NCBI GenBank assembly: GCA_964106645.2
Contig: OZ067049.1
Length of the DNA: 64,000 nt
Source: Podarcis pityusensis
Lineage: Eukaryota
Strand: one strand, 5' to 3'
A program made the translations under genes and the position numbers. The notes under the pieces were generated by a model, which did no database searches, was not told where the DNA came from, and worked only from the letters and a program-made list of their open reading frames with translations. Shown in pieces: positions 48,838 to 60,862 of the stretch; the stretch's first letter is position 1, and the number at the start of each line of letters is the position of its first letter.

Positions 48838-49509
48838 CTGTTAAAAGTTTGGGGGGAGAGGGAGAGAGAGAGAAAGAGAGAGAGAGAGAGAACATTTTAG
48901 AATGCACAATGCAGAAGATGCAAGTTGCTTCCATCTCACACCCAATACAAAAACCAGGTGTGCAGTACCAACAACCCACCAAATTAAATGCTGCCCACTA
49001 GTCATATGTAGTGGCTCATCAGAAGCTCAACCTGGTTTTGCTGCCTGCCTGGGACTGCTAACAAAAGGAAGAACAAGGTGTGTGTGTGCGGCTCCTCGGG
49101 AGGCTGCAACAGATAACTAGTATTGCTGCTGTTTGGCAGTAGTGTTCAAACTTACCATCCTCCCAGAATGTTTTCCCTATTGGCATAATTTAGACAATAA
49201 AATCATAAAAGAGAGAGGGGGGGGGGGGAATCCATTAAACGTTGTTAATCCAGACATATTTCAAACACATAAAACATATAAAAGACTCTGTAGCCACCAT
49301 TAAGTAAAATTAAGTAGTTTTAAATTTGACTTTTAAAATCTTCGCTAAATATCGCGAAACAATCTCAGTAGTTTAGGGTACATCATTCCTATTCATTTGT
49401 CCACTGCACATGACAAAGAATTCTGGGGCATATTATAATAGATTATCTACTCAAGTCAATTTAGATCCAACTGTTTCTCCTGATGGAGCCCAGCGTGGCA
49501 AACACATCT

Positions 49510-49540
<31 letters not shown>

Positions 49541-51519
49541 TTATTATTATCATCATCATTATTATTTCACCTAGAATGCCCTTGGCACTGCACGTTACAA
49601 TAGAAAACTTGCAGTAGTGGGCAAGGCTGTCTGCCATTTCTTGTCTTCTTGATATGCTTCTAAGGATTCCATGGAATGCCAATTTTCAAACAGCCCAAGA
49701 AAGCAAGGAGAGCGGTGTCCCAGAAGTCAGGTGTGCAAACAGGTCTACTCATCAAACAGGTTACTAACCTGTGACATAAAATGGAGTGGGAAGAACAGAC
49801 TTCCATAAGCCTTCTATGCCTAGTCACAAAAAGCTGGTGACCAGAAGAGTAGTTATTTGCAAGCCTGCCCAAAGTCTTTATGGTGCTAATATGTCACAGA
49901 CTATAGCCTAAGTTCCAAGGGAGATGGATAATATGGAATATTTTCTGCTGGTGGCAGCCATCACTACACTGAAGAGCTGTGAAGGGTTATGTCTCTCCCA
50001 TTACACCTTGCTGCCCTGCAGAGATGTCTAGCTGTTTGTGGCAAGTGAACAGCAATTACCATCATCATTGCATCGTGGTGAGTCAGGTCTAACAATTAAT
50101 CAGGTGCTCATTTGAATTCAGAAAATGGTTGGGGAAATCTTGCCAGTTTGTGCCTCCATTACAACTGCTCACAGGAGCAGATTTGTGGATGTCTGAACCT
50201 CACTCTAGCCAAAGCAGCTTCCACTTACATGAGCAGGCAGGTCCCAAAGTGAGATTACTCACAGTAGTGTTCAGAGGATTCAGATTTTGCGCTACAGCAA
50301 TGTGAATATTACATTATAGCAAGGATGAAGTATAAAAGCAATGAACAATAAGACTGGAAATTAGCTGAGTAAGTTCCCTCTCTAAAGAACTTTAGGAGTT
50401 AGATGATTAACTTGAGGACAAAAATCAGGTTTTCATGAAGAAAGTCTTGAAAGTTGTGTCAGTGAGGAATAAACGTCCCTCACTGAATTCCCATTAGCTG
50501 CAGTTTTATTTCTGAGGGAGACCTGTTTGGGATTCTGGACAATATAAGTTTGACTGTTCAAAAGAAATCAATATCGTCAGGCTGACACTATTAGAACAAA
50601 AATGTAACTTTAATAGGAGGGAAAAAGTTCAGGAGAAATGGTTTGTGCGTTTGGCAGGGGAGGAGGCCAGTAAGTATGTGATAAGAAAAGCTTTCTACAA
50701 AACCCTAAATTTGAAGAAAAGCTTCCACTTGCAAAATACAGCCTGTGTGATAATCAATTACCTAATGTAAAATGCTTGAAATAAATACACTTAGTATGGA
50801 TTATGTCAGCTCTTCAATTAGGAATAAATTCATGGCCATTCAAAGAGCCTCTTTTAACTGTGTGGCAACTTCTTTTCCCTAGATGCTCATCATCGTCCCA
50901 CCTCATAGTGTCAGTCCCTCAACGGTGAACCTGAGAAATCAATCTGCTAATGTATAATTTGTAAAGCTCCTCTGACTAACAAATGGATAATTGATTCTTT
51001 CACAAATGCTGCATCCCCGTGGATGGGAGGCAGAATGAATAACAAACATTAGGGCTGGATTTGACTCCATTTCTGGGAGAGAGGCAATATTTGCGAGCTG
51101 GCATTCTAAATGTTTTAAAAAGTTGACTGTGTGACTTCATGCCTTTTAGCCATGGTTAACAAGCATGCAGCACACAGATTAGGGGTGTGAAAAGCAAACT
51201 GGTGCTCAATTGCAATTATGGCAAACCACATTTCATTACAGGAGGGACCTGCTGACTCACCCACGAGAAAAAAATCTCAGCTAATCCCATCACAGCCTGG
51301 GCACAACATTTTATCATATATGCGTATGTATCTAAAAACAGTAATTGATCCCAAAGATTTTCTTCAAAATAAAGTGATCAATGTGATGATCGGAAACTCA
51401 ACAGCTTTGATCATTCATCTACCATGGGGGCACAGTCCATGACTCTGGATCTATCACCAGGCAGAGGAGAAAAAAACCCCAGAGTGTTTAATCTGCAATA
51501 GATTGGACGTCACATTAGA

Positions 51520-51745
51520 TAATACTAATAATACTAATACTACTACTACTACTAATAATAATAATAATAGTGGTTTCCCCAGCCACTCTGGGCAGCTCCC
51601 AACAGAATTAAAAGCACAATACAACATCAAACATAAAAAACTTCCCTAAACAGGGCTGCCTTCAGATGTCTTCTAAAAGCCAGATAGTTGTTTATTTCCT
51701 TGACATTTGACGGGAGGGCATTCCACAGGGAGGGCACCACTACGG
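51520..51745 (-). mobile_element. L2 family B 3' end with (ACT/AAT)n tail
   Basis: ORF 51627..51833(-) SVVVPSLWNALPSNVKEINNYLAFRRHLKAALFREVF. Confidence 0.85.
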
Positions 51746-51870
51746 ATAAACCATGGGGTCTGATGATTGTAAATGAACTGTAAAAACTGCTCAGAAAGTA
51801 TGCCTTTAAAGAAGTCTGAATAAAGTACATCACTAGATTTCAACCATTTTTTTAGGGGGGGGGAGGATAA

Positions 51871-52081
51871 AGAGTCAGTATAGTATAGTCCTTAAGAGTG
51901 TCAGGACCTGAGAGACCAGGGTTTAAATCCCCACTCGGTCATGAAGTTGCTTTGTGACCTTGGGTCAATTCAGAGCCTCTCAGTCTTACCCACCTCACGG
52001 GGTTGTTGTGGAGAATAAATGAGAAAGAGGAGAACCAAACCTTGAGCTCCTTGGAGAAAACGTGGGATAAATGCAATAAAT
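51871..52081 (+). mobile_element. MIR/CORE-like SINE
   Basis: tRNA-like head (ccagggtttaaatcccc) followed by CORE-like tgtgaccttgggtcaa...acctcacggggttgttgtg. Confidence 0.7.
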
Positions 52082-52278
52082 GAGTAATAGGAGATATTTA
52101 TGCAAAAATTGGGAGTAAAAAGAGGCAAAGTGCCCATTTGCAACACTTTTTAGCTTGCTCTAGTAAAATTGGATTTGTTTGAAATTTGGCACATTTATGG
52201 ACCTCATCAGGCAGATGAAGTTTTAAGGTTCAATCAACAGGTGTCATTTCTATACGCTGTAGAAATTTGAGGCTTATA

Positions 52279-52648
52279 CTGGCAGAATCCGCGATCAGGG
52301 GAAGGAGACAGCGGAAGAAGAATGGAAGAAATTTAAAATCTATCTTAAGGACTATTATAAACTTGATGAATGTTAGAATGTCGAGGTTTTGAGAAAGAAA
52401 GGGTTATAGCGATATAAGATTAGACAGAAGGAAAGATTAAGAAGACATATGTTTGACAGAACTATTTAGAAGTTGCTGGAAAATTTTGGACATTGGGATG
52501 CAGAAAGGGGAGGTATGGGGGAGTCCGAGAAAGAAGGTTTATGAAAAAAAGGTCATGAAACTATACGTGTTTGTATGTCTTTTTATATGTTTGTATTGTT
52601 TTAAAAATTTTGTAAAACCAATAAAAATTTATATATATATAAAAAAAA
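52279..52648 (+). mobile_element. L1-clade LINE 3' end (ORF2 C-terminus, 3' UTR, poly-A)
   Basis: Perfect 18-bp TSD agaaatttgaggcttata; AATAAA followed by A-tail; peptide GRIRDQGKETAEEEWKKFKIYLKDYYKLDEC*. Confidence 0.8.
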
Positions 52649-55600
52649 AGAAATTTGAGGCTTATAACAGCAGATTTATAAAATCTTGAAAGTGCCCCTT
52701 TAATACACACAAGACTTTCTAGATATATAAAAAACCCCCACTGTAATGATGAGCACCATTTGAAAAGTTAGTATCCCCTTTTCCCTTGCACAGTAAACCA
52801 TGCCTCTTCCAGCATATGCAAGGGGCAGTACAACAGTTTCATTCATATGCAAATGTGATAGTCAATTAACTGACTGATCCCAACATGATTCGCAAAGGCT
52901 GCAGGCAGGCAAGTAAACCTGCCTAGGATGACCCTGAACATTAGTTGGTGGCAGTCCTACTTTTATTCCTAGCTTCAAAATCAGGTGACTTGCACCAGCT
53001 GCTTCGTTTTAATTTCTGGTGCATAAGCTAGCTCTATGTCTTCATTTCTTTATTTCTTAAAGTTGGAATGGGACTACGCAGAAGCTTCCAAGCCCAATTA
53101 TACTTTTCAGTGCAATGAGGGACATGCCGTCCCCAGGGCTGTAATTAAAGGCCAGTTCTTAGATGGTAGAGCAAGAAAATCATACACAGACTATTTCTAC
53201 ATTTGATGTCTTTTTCTTTCCTTTTTTTAAAAAAGGAATTGCCACCACAAATTTTCTTTGAACTATTTAGCATTCTATCAGGAATGCGATAATGACCAAT
53301 CATATACCCTGTCATGGCTTTTAAAACGAATAAGATTCAACTTCCTGGTAGAGGTAAAGCTGTTAGCTAGACAAAGTTCATTATCAACAATATCTTAACA
53401 CCCATTGGGAATAAAGGATTGTCATACTCGTGTGCTTTCTTCACCATGTTATTTCCCTGACATGTCATTTTTTATTCTTAAAAATTCATGTCTGGCTTTC
53501 TTTTTAAATAGCAACAAAGGGCTGCAAGTCCACCATTAACGTCACCTTATTTAACAAGTGCTGTCCTATTTTAATTCCATTGCTTTTGACTTTCGAACAA
53601 GAAAAGCATCTCAATGTAAACAACATTCTATTAATGAAAGAACTCTGAATAATTCTAAGTGGTTGCATTTGGCATATGAGCACACAAGCCCTCCAGTTAA
53701 TAGTACACAGCCTTTTCCCTCTCTAACCTTTCCCTCAAGAAGTGATTTATGAGATCTTGAATGGAACTGGAGTCACCTACATGCCTTATTTTTTTTGCCA
53801 CCAATTCTGAAAAGCTCCAAATCTGAATTCAAAGCTATTTCCCCCTGTATAGGCCAGCAGCACAGTAACAAAAACATGACAATCTTCTGTTTCTTTTGTT
53901 CTCGGAGCACTTGGGTGTATTGTAAGACATCCCGATCCTTTCTGAGCGGACTGGGAGTTGCTGCAGAGTGGGCCTCACCATCTCTCCAGAAACATCAAAA
54001 AATGTAGGCCAAGATAAAAGTGCTCTTTCCCATTCACATTCCTGGGAGTGGCAATGGCATAATCCCATGTTGGGCAACATGGTGCTTCTCAAATATTGTG
54101 GACTACAACTCTCATCAAACCTGACTTTCTGGGGGTGATGGGAGTTGGAGCCCAACAACATCTGAGGGGCACCATACTGGCTACTCTCAAAATAATGCTT
54201 TGCCACTGGGAAACCTAAAGAGCTAATAGGCAAAGCAAAAGGACACTGCTGAGTTATTGACAGCTGCGAGACCCCTCAGAACATTATGCTTCCTATGGCC
54301 CTCTTTGTTTAGATGAAGAGATCTTGAAGGCAAAGATATATTGGATCACCAAACAGAGATTCCTTAGGGAATCGTATGTTAGAGAGCAGTTGACTGTTCG
54401 AGGATGAATTATAAAAACTTGGAATTAAAATGGATATACTTTTATCTTTACTCCTCATAAGGTTTGAGAACTTGCAACTTTTAAACAACTACCCACTTCC
54501 CTGTCTCTTTCTCACAGGAAAAATGGTGGGCGCAAGCAGAAAATGAAGCTTAGGGGAAAGGGGAAAAGCCAAGGGAATCAGCAGTATGCTAGCTTCTTAG
54601 GAGCCAATCCTTTCCAAATCCCCCAATACTTTTAAAAGGTTGTTGGGATTTAGCAAACGCACATCTATCTAATAAGCTTCCTGTCTCTTAAAGAGTTTGG
54701 CACAGCGTAGTCTTTTAACTCTGCTGAGCTCCTACAACAGGGAACATACCAAAGGTAATATGCCAAAGCAAGGAGGTGACTTCAGGCAAGTAGTTCAGGG
54801 GTTCAGCAACCAGTTTGCTTATCACAACATGATGGACTGCCCTGCAAGATCTTGCAGATGTCACCAGACAAGGCCGGCCCACCCATTCGGCAAGGTGAGG
54901 TGACTGCCTCAAGCGGCAGGATGCACAGCAGCAGTGGATCAGGCCCCCAAGGATTGCTGCTGCTGCCACCACATCCCCCCCCCCCGCTGTTCCTGATGCA
55001 TATCTTTTATTCCTCCGCTGTTTCTGAGGCAGGTCTTCACTCACTCCTTCTTCCCTGGCAATCTGCATAAAGCTGCGATCGCGCAAGCAAAATCTATGTG
55101 AGTTGCAGTGACACTGTACTTCGCGTCTGCGAATGTGAACAACCCGTTTCAAAGGGAGGGGATTTGTCCTATTGATTTCAACGAGACTTCAATGCAACTA
55201 ACGTTTCTTGAATTGCACCCACAGAGTTAATAAGCAGAGTACCCTGGCAGATTATTTTCAAAAGCACGTAAACATTCAATTCTGCGGTCTAGTTGGCGTT
55301 TCGCTGCTTTGTCTTCTGTGCTACTGACAAAGACAACTGAAATGATGCCGTTAGAGTAATAAACAGAAACATTTACACGGCCTGTCAAAACATGTGAAGT
55401 GATAAAGACTAATGCATATGAAAGTGCAACCCGAAGTAAAATATTTCTCCATCTTAAATCAATAGAAGTAAACTTCCTTGTTATGTGGGGGCAGGGGGGA
55501 GCGAAGCATTATTTTTCTGAAAGCAATTAACTGGGTTCTTTATCATTCACCGTAATAACACGAACAGAGTCACTATAAGGCTTGCTTTCCTGTCAAATGT

Positions 55601-55840
55601 AAAACGGTATCAGGGCTGTTTACAAAATGCGTCACCCATCAAATGTGCATGGGATTGAGGAAGATGAACTTGTGAGAAAGGAGAGACTGAATATGGGTTG
55701 AAGCAGGGCAAAGTGTGGCAGTGGGTGGAGGGGTGGTTTAAAAGGACTTTCGAAGCATGACACGCTTTGTGGATAATCCCATCAAGGTAATAAGAAGCCT
55801 CAGATCAACCTCAATAGTTCCTGTAGCATGAAATCCTTAA

Positions 55841-56182
55841 AAAGGTAAAGGACCCCTGACAGTTAAGTCCAATCGTGAACGACTCTGGGGTTGCGGCGCT
55901 CATCTCGCTTTACTGGCCAAGGGAGCTGGCGTACAGCTTCCGGGTCATGTGGCCAGGATGACTAAGCCGCTTCTGGTAAACCAGTGCAGCACACGGAAAC
56001 GCCGTTTACCTTCCCGCCGGAGCGGTACCTATTTATCTACTTGCACTTTGATGTGCTTTCGAACTGCTAGGTTGGCAGGAGCAGGGACAGAGCAACAGGA
56101 GCTCACCCCGTTGCGGGGATTCGAACCACCGACCTCCTGATCGGCAAGCCCAAGGCTCAGTGGTTTACACCACAGCGCCATC
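55841..56182 (-). mobile_element. Sauria SINE, near full length
   Basis: High similarity to the 34301 and 46594 copies. Confidence 0.92.
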
Positions 56183-56216
56183 TGCTTACCTGTTGACAAA
56201 CCAAGGCAGTGTACCA

Positions 56217-56398
56217 GAAGTTGCCTTCTAGTGAGGGGAGCCATTGGTCCAGCTAGCTTAGCACTGCCTATGCTCACTGGCAGAGGCGCTCCAAGTCTTC
56301 AAGAGGAGGACACTCCCAGGCCTACCTGAAGATACCAGAGATTGACCCTGGGACCTCCTGTGCTGAAGCAGACACTCTACCGCCCAGCGATGGTCCTC
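56217..56398 (-). mobile_element. Squam2-like tRNA SINE
   Basis: Reverse-complement similarity to the 2372 and 24815 SINEs. Confidence 0.7.
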
Positions 56399-59384
56399 CC
56401 CCCCAGAATGGGATTGGACAAATTTGTGGAGGCTATGTCTGTCATGACCCAAAAATGAAACCTCCACAGCTAGAGACAGGACACTTCTGGCGGGAGATGC
56501 TTTGCACACGCACCGTGAGAGGGCTGCAGCTTTTCCGTTTTGCTCACAGAAGCATCAAGCTGCCCACTTCGAGACACAGCATGCTGGGCTTAAGCAGACC
56601 TTTGGTGTGATCCTGCAGGGGTCTTTCGATGTTCTTAAACACTGAAACTTTAATATGGCTCTAAGTGCTACAAAAACCTCTGGGTTTTCAAGGTTGCAAA
56701 GAGGCAACCTGACTACTTTTAACTTTTTCTGCCATTCTGATTAAACAAAAAAATTTCGAATTCTCAAAGCCATCAAATATTTAAAAATAGGCCTTGAAGG
56801 AGTGTGCAAACACATGTTAAAAAATTCCACAGCAAGGGGGTGGTTCTTAAATATTTCATGCTATTTTCTTAATTCCCCCATTTGAGAAAGGCCTTAGAAG
56901 AACAACATGCTGAAAAGATTTCAATTTCATTCCACCCAAAGAACGCTTCAAAACATTATATATTTAAATTTGTTTTCCACACTCATGCATCACCACTAAA
57001 CCATTAAATATTAAAAAACCAACCCTGCTTATAAAGCAGTCTGCATTTTCTCCTCTCCAAGGGAAGTGCAACACTTTTGTTGGCACAAGCCATTTCTTGT
57101 TACTGTACTTGCTCTAAATATGTATTTATTAAAAACACCAGGCAACAGGGCATGAATTCTCTCTACCCCGCCCCTTCTGAAAGCATTTTTTTTATTTGTT
57201 ACTTAGCTAAATGTGTTTGTACAGCTCTCACATCTACAACGCTTTAATCTACAAGGATGTCAGTCGCGGCAATAATTATATTAATAAATTGTAGGCCATC
57301 TTAAGAAAAGATGAAGAGGCATTTGGAATTAATATGCTGTAAATCGCTTCCGCACCTTCCTTTGTCAGTGGAGTTAGCCAGGCTTTTCTTCTCCGTTGCC
57401 TTTAAGTCATAATTTTCAATTCATTTGACACATTTCATCTCACTCAAAGCACTGAACCCTAATACAAGAGAACACCAGTATGTCAAATGCTCAGGATCCA
57501 AGAACACATATCGGTTAATCTTAAGCAGGTGTCACCGACGAAGATGCAGCCATCTTTGTGAGAGGGAAGGCGGGCGGGAGAGAAACGTATCGAAATAATC
57601 AGCGTACGGTCAGGAGTCGTTAGGGATTCTGCAACGTTTTCAGAAGATCCGCCCTCCGTTTAAGTTAAGTTGCCCCCCCCCCCACTGTATTTCAGGCTGA
57701 AGCTAGGAGAACGGGAGCTCTTTTGTTGAACAAAAATAGCCTTTTGCCCTTTGGTATCTCCCACTACTTTCACCTTTCAAAGAGGGCTTGAAACAAAAGT
57801 TGGATAAACAGTTATATTTGGGCAATGGTCATGAGCTACTCAGAACTAAGAGGGCAATAGATACCTCATTTTCCGTCACCTACAGATTGATATAGAACTT
57901 CAGAGGCACCTGAGGGCACACAGTGGTGCTGACGCCACATTTGAAGGGAGTCCAGGCGCATGCCCTGTGTGCCCCATTCCCCACTCGCCAACTGCTTCTC
58001 CTGTTTCCCTCTCCCCTCATTCCCATTTTTTACCCCACCAGGGCAGCGGAAAAGGAGTGTCTCCTTTTCTTTGTTTTCACCCCAAAACCAAAAGAACGCA
58101 GGATTTGTTCCTTACCACAAGCAACCCAACCCTCTTGCTTTTACAAGGCAGCTGGAAAGGTCTCCTTTCTTCTTCCAACCCCTTTTTCTTATCAAGGCTG
58201 TTGGACACACCAGTTCTAGCATAATCCTACCCCTGTCTACTCAGAAGGAAGTCCCACTGAGTTCTACAGAGCTTACTCCCAGGTTAACAGGCACCAGATC
58301 CAAGGGCAGCCAGCACAGCAGGGTGGTCCATAGCATCTGTCTGTCTGTCTGTCTGTCTGTCTATACATACACACACAACAACAACCCTTCAAAAAGTTGC
58401 TCCTAGCAGTCGGTTTAGGGGAACAATTGTATAATTAGATTTTTTAAAAAAATTAAAAAGTAACCTTTCACCTTTCTCTTAAAAGACTGCTATGTCAGCA
58501 TCGGAACACGCATTATGTTTTGCAAGCATGTTGACACCTTGTGATGGACACTTTGCTAAGTGCTGACAATGGTCTTTGAAAAAAGAAAAGAAAGCCTACC
58601 GGAACATGTGACAATTTAAGACAAATACTATAAATATTTTTCTTGAGCAGCAACTGCATACGGCCTACAAGAGGTATATTTTATTCCCCAGAATATGACT
58701 TTACATAAATTCTGCATTGTGTTTGTTCTCTAAGATTCCAGGAAATCACATGGAGAGGGGAAAAAATCTTCCTCTTCTCCTTCAATCAATACAATCCCTT
58801 AAGAGACCAAGCTTCAGGACATTCACATAAAATATTAGCTTTATATATTTGCAGTAGATAAACTGAAGTAGCAAGGCAATCAATCAATTTTCAATTACTT
58901 TTGGCATCTCAATATGATAGGACACATACTAACTATCAACAATGGTGAAGCTAACGAACTGCTCCATGCCTATAGATGCCACAAGGACCCAAGGCATGCA
59001 GATGAGTTGTGTTAATTGTGACCGGGGCTATGGCACCAAGTGTGGCCCTGAAAATAGCCATATTCCAAAGACAATGTGGGACCAAGCCAACAGCACTGAC
59101 CACAATGCTTTGGTAACACATGAACTGGGCCCTAGTTGAGACGGTTGGGGGAACCGCTGGCTGCTATTCGTTTTTCAATGGCTGCCATTTTGCCGTGCAG
59201 GATGTTGTATGTTGTATGCTCCAGTGAATCTGAACCCTGTTGTGTTGTGCTACTTAAGTCCAGGTCACACAGCTGGCAGTAGTACACTTGTCAAAAAAGG
59301 GGCTCAGAGGAGATCAACGAAATTCTGGATGGGGTGGGTTGTTCCAAATATAGCATGAGGCTGCAAAGAAGTAGTTGTACTTAC

Positions 59385-59462
59385 AATGTCAAACTTCTGG
59401 GTGATATTCCCCTGGACATCGAGTAAATAAACTTTGCCATAATGTGTTCCAAGCGCCAAAAA
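59385..59462 (-). CDS. VPS41: VPS41 coding exon (human exon 4 equivalent), FLALGTHYGKVYLLDVQGNITQKFDI
   Basis: 78 nt, ttcag acceptor, gtaagt donor; translation matches the vertebrate VPS41 WD40 region. Confidence 0.97.
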
Positions 59463-59844
59463 CTGAAGAGAGGAAAAAGAAGATACTCAGTGAAAATTAA
59501 GACTTTCCATGATTTACGTACATTATTGTGCTGGTGCATGCTAGCTGTCAAAAGTCATCTACTGATGATGAATGTTGGCTGGCAGTCTCCTCCTGCTGCC
59601 TCCTAGTCTATTGTGGCAAATCACAAAGGCAGTGTGAAGACAGGGGCTCATCCTGGCATATGCTGAAGAATAAAATGATAACGTTTGATGAACTATCACT
59701 TTCCGTATTGGCTTAGCTAGACCGAGGAGTTGAAACAAAATAATCCATGACTAAGGCCACCACAGATATTTTTAAAGCCAGTTCCTGACTTCTGCCTCTT
59801 TGTTGCACCTTCATCATGACGGAAGCATCAAGCTGGTGTGTGTT

Positions 59845-60415
59845 AATTGAAATAGAAATTGAAATACTTTATTGTCACTTGTACAACTTGTATACAGTGA
59901 GATTACACAAGCACCCCTCACTCAGCTCTCTTAGTCTTAATTCCCCTCGTTTACTGACGCACACCCACCAAAACCGGAAGTCAGTTGCCCTGTTGTTATC
60001 TTTTCATTCAGCAGCCTAACAGCCCACGGATAGAAGCTGTTCTTTACCCTGTTGGTGCGACTAATCCTGCTTCTGTATCTTCTGCCCAAGGGCAGGAGAT
60101 CAAGAAAGTGCCAGCCAGGGTGTGAATCATCCCTGAGAATTTTCCTCACTCTCCTGAGGCAACGTTCTTCCGCTATTTCATCCGGCAGATTCACAGGACA
60201 GCCCATAATACCTTGTGCTGTATTCACCACCCTCTGTAGGCACTTCCCATCAGTTGATGTCAAACCAGCGTACCACACCGTGATGCAGTGTGAAAGGACA
60301 CTTTCTATTGTGGACCGGTAGAAGGAGATCATCAAATGTTGACTGACATCGTTCTTTCGCAATACTCTGAGGAGATGGAGTCTCTGTTGGGCTTTCTTAA
60401 CTACCTGGGTTGTAT
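59845..60415 (-). mobile_element. Rex1/Babar-clade LINE 3' end
   Basis: ORF 59937..60362(-) FYRSTIESVLSHCITVWY..LQRVVNTAQ..DSHPG..LLP.GRRYRS..RTNR.KNSFYPWAVRLLN; tail tgacaataaag. Confidence 0.85.
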
Positions 60416-60827
60416 TTATTAAGCGTGTAAAAGTGGTACTGCTGCTAACCTACAGAGGAGGGGTGGATACCCAAGACAACATGTCACAAGAAAGTTCAGA
60501 AGAGGAGATAACTTTGCACCTGAGAAGTGGGAATGAAAGAAGAAAGCGAATAGTGGAGTGAAGAAGCCAGGACACTGGAGGAGGGAGAACGAAGTGGGGG
60601 TTTTCTGTACCTCTGCCACCACCTGTCCAAGGCATGTGGTTAGATAGTACATATAAAGCCTTGTGGCACAAAAACAAGTCACTTAAAAAAACAACAACAA
60701 CATTTAAAAGGGATTGCTTGCTTTTAAAACTGCCCCTCCATTTTAAATCATCCCTAAAGTCCCAAAAAGCACAGAGGTTATCTCAACTATTTTTCCTGCA
60801 TCCAGTTCTTAACCACGTGGGGAGATA

Positions 60828-60862
<35 letters not shown>

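Noticed and set aside
57530-57560. VPS41 exon 3 (..QKDAASCMTVHDK) or a duplicate of it
   Set aside because: The resemblance (aaagatggctgcat) is superficial; no frame gives the exon 3 peptide. Exon 3 was not found in 59463-64000 and should lie outside the window.
171-59462. U12-type or non-canonical introns, or pseudogenisation of VPS41
   Set aside because: All 20 internal introns are GT-AG without the U12 GTATCCTT donor; exon phases join into one open frame of 651 codons.
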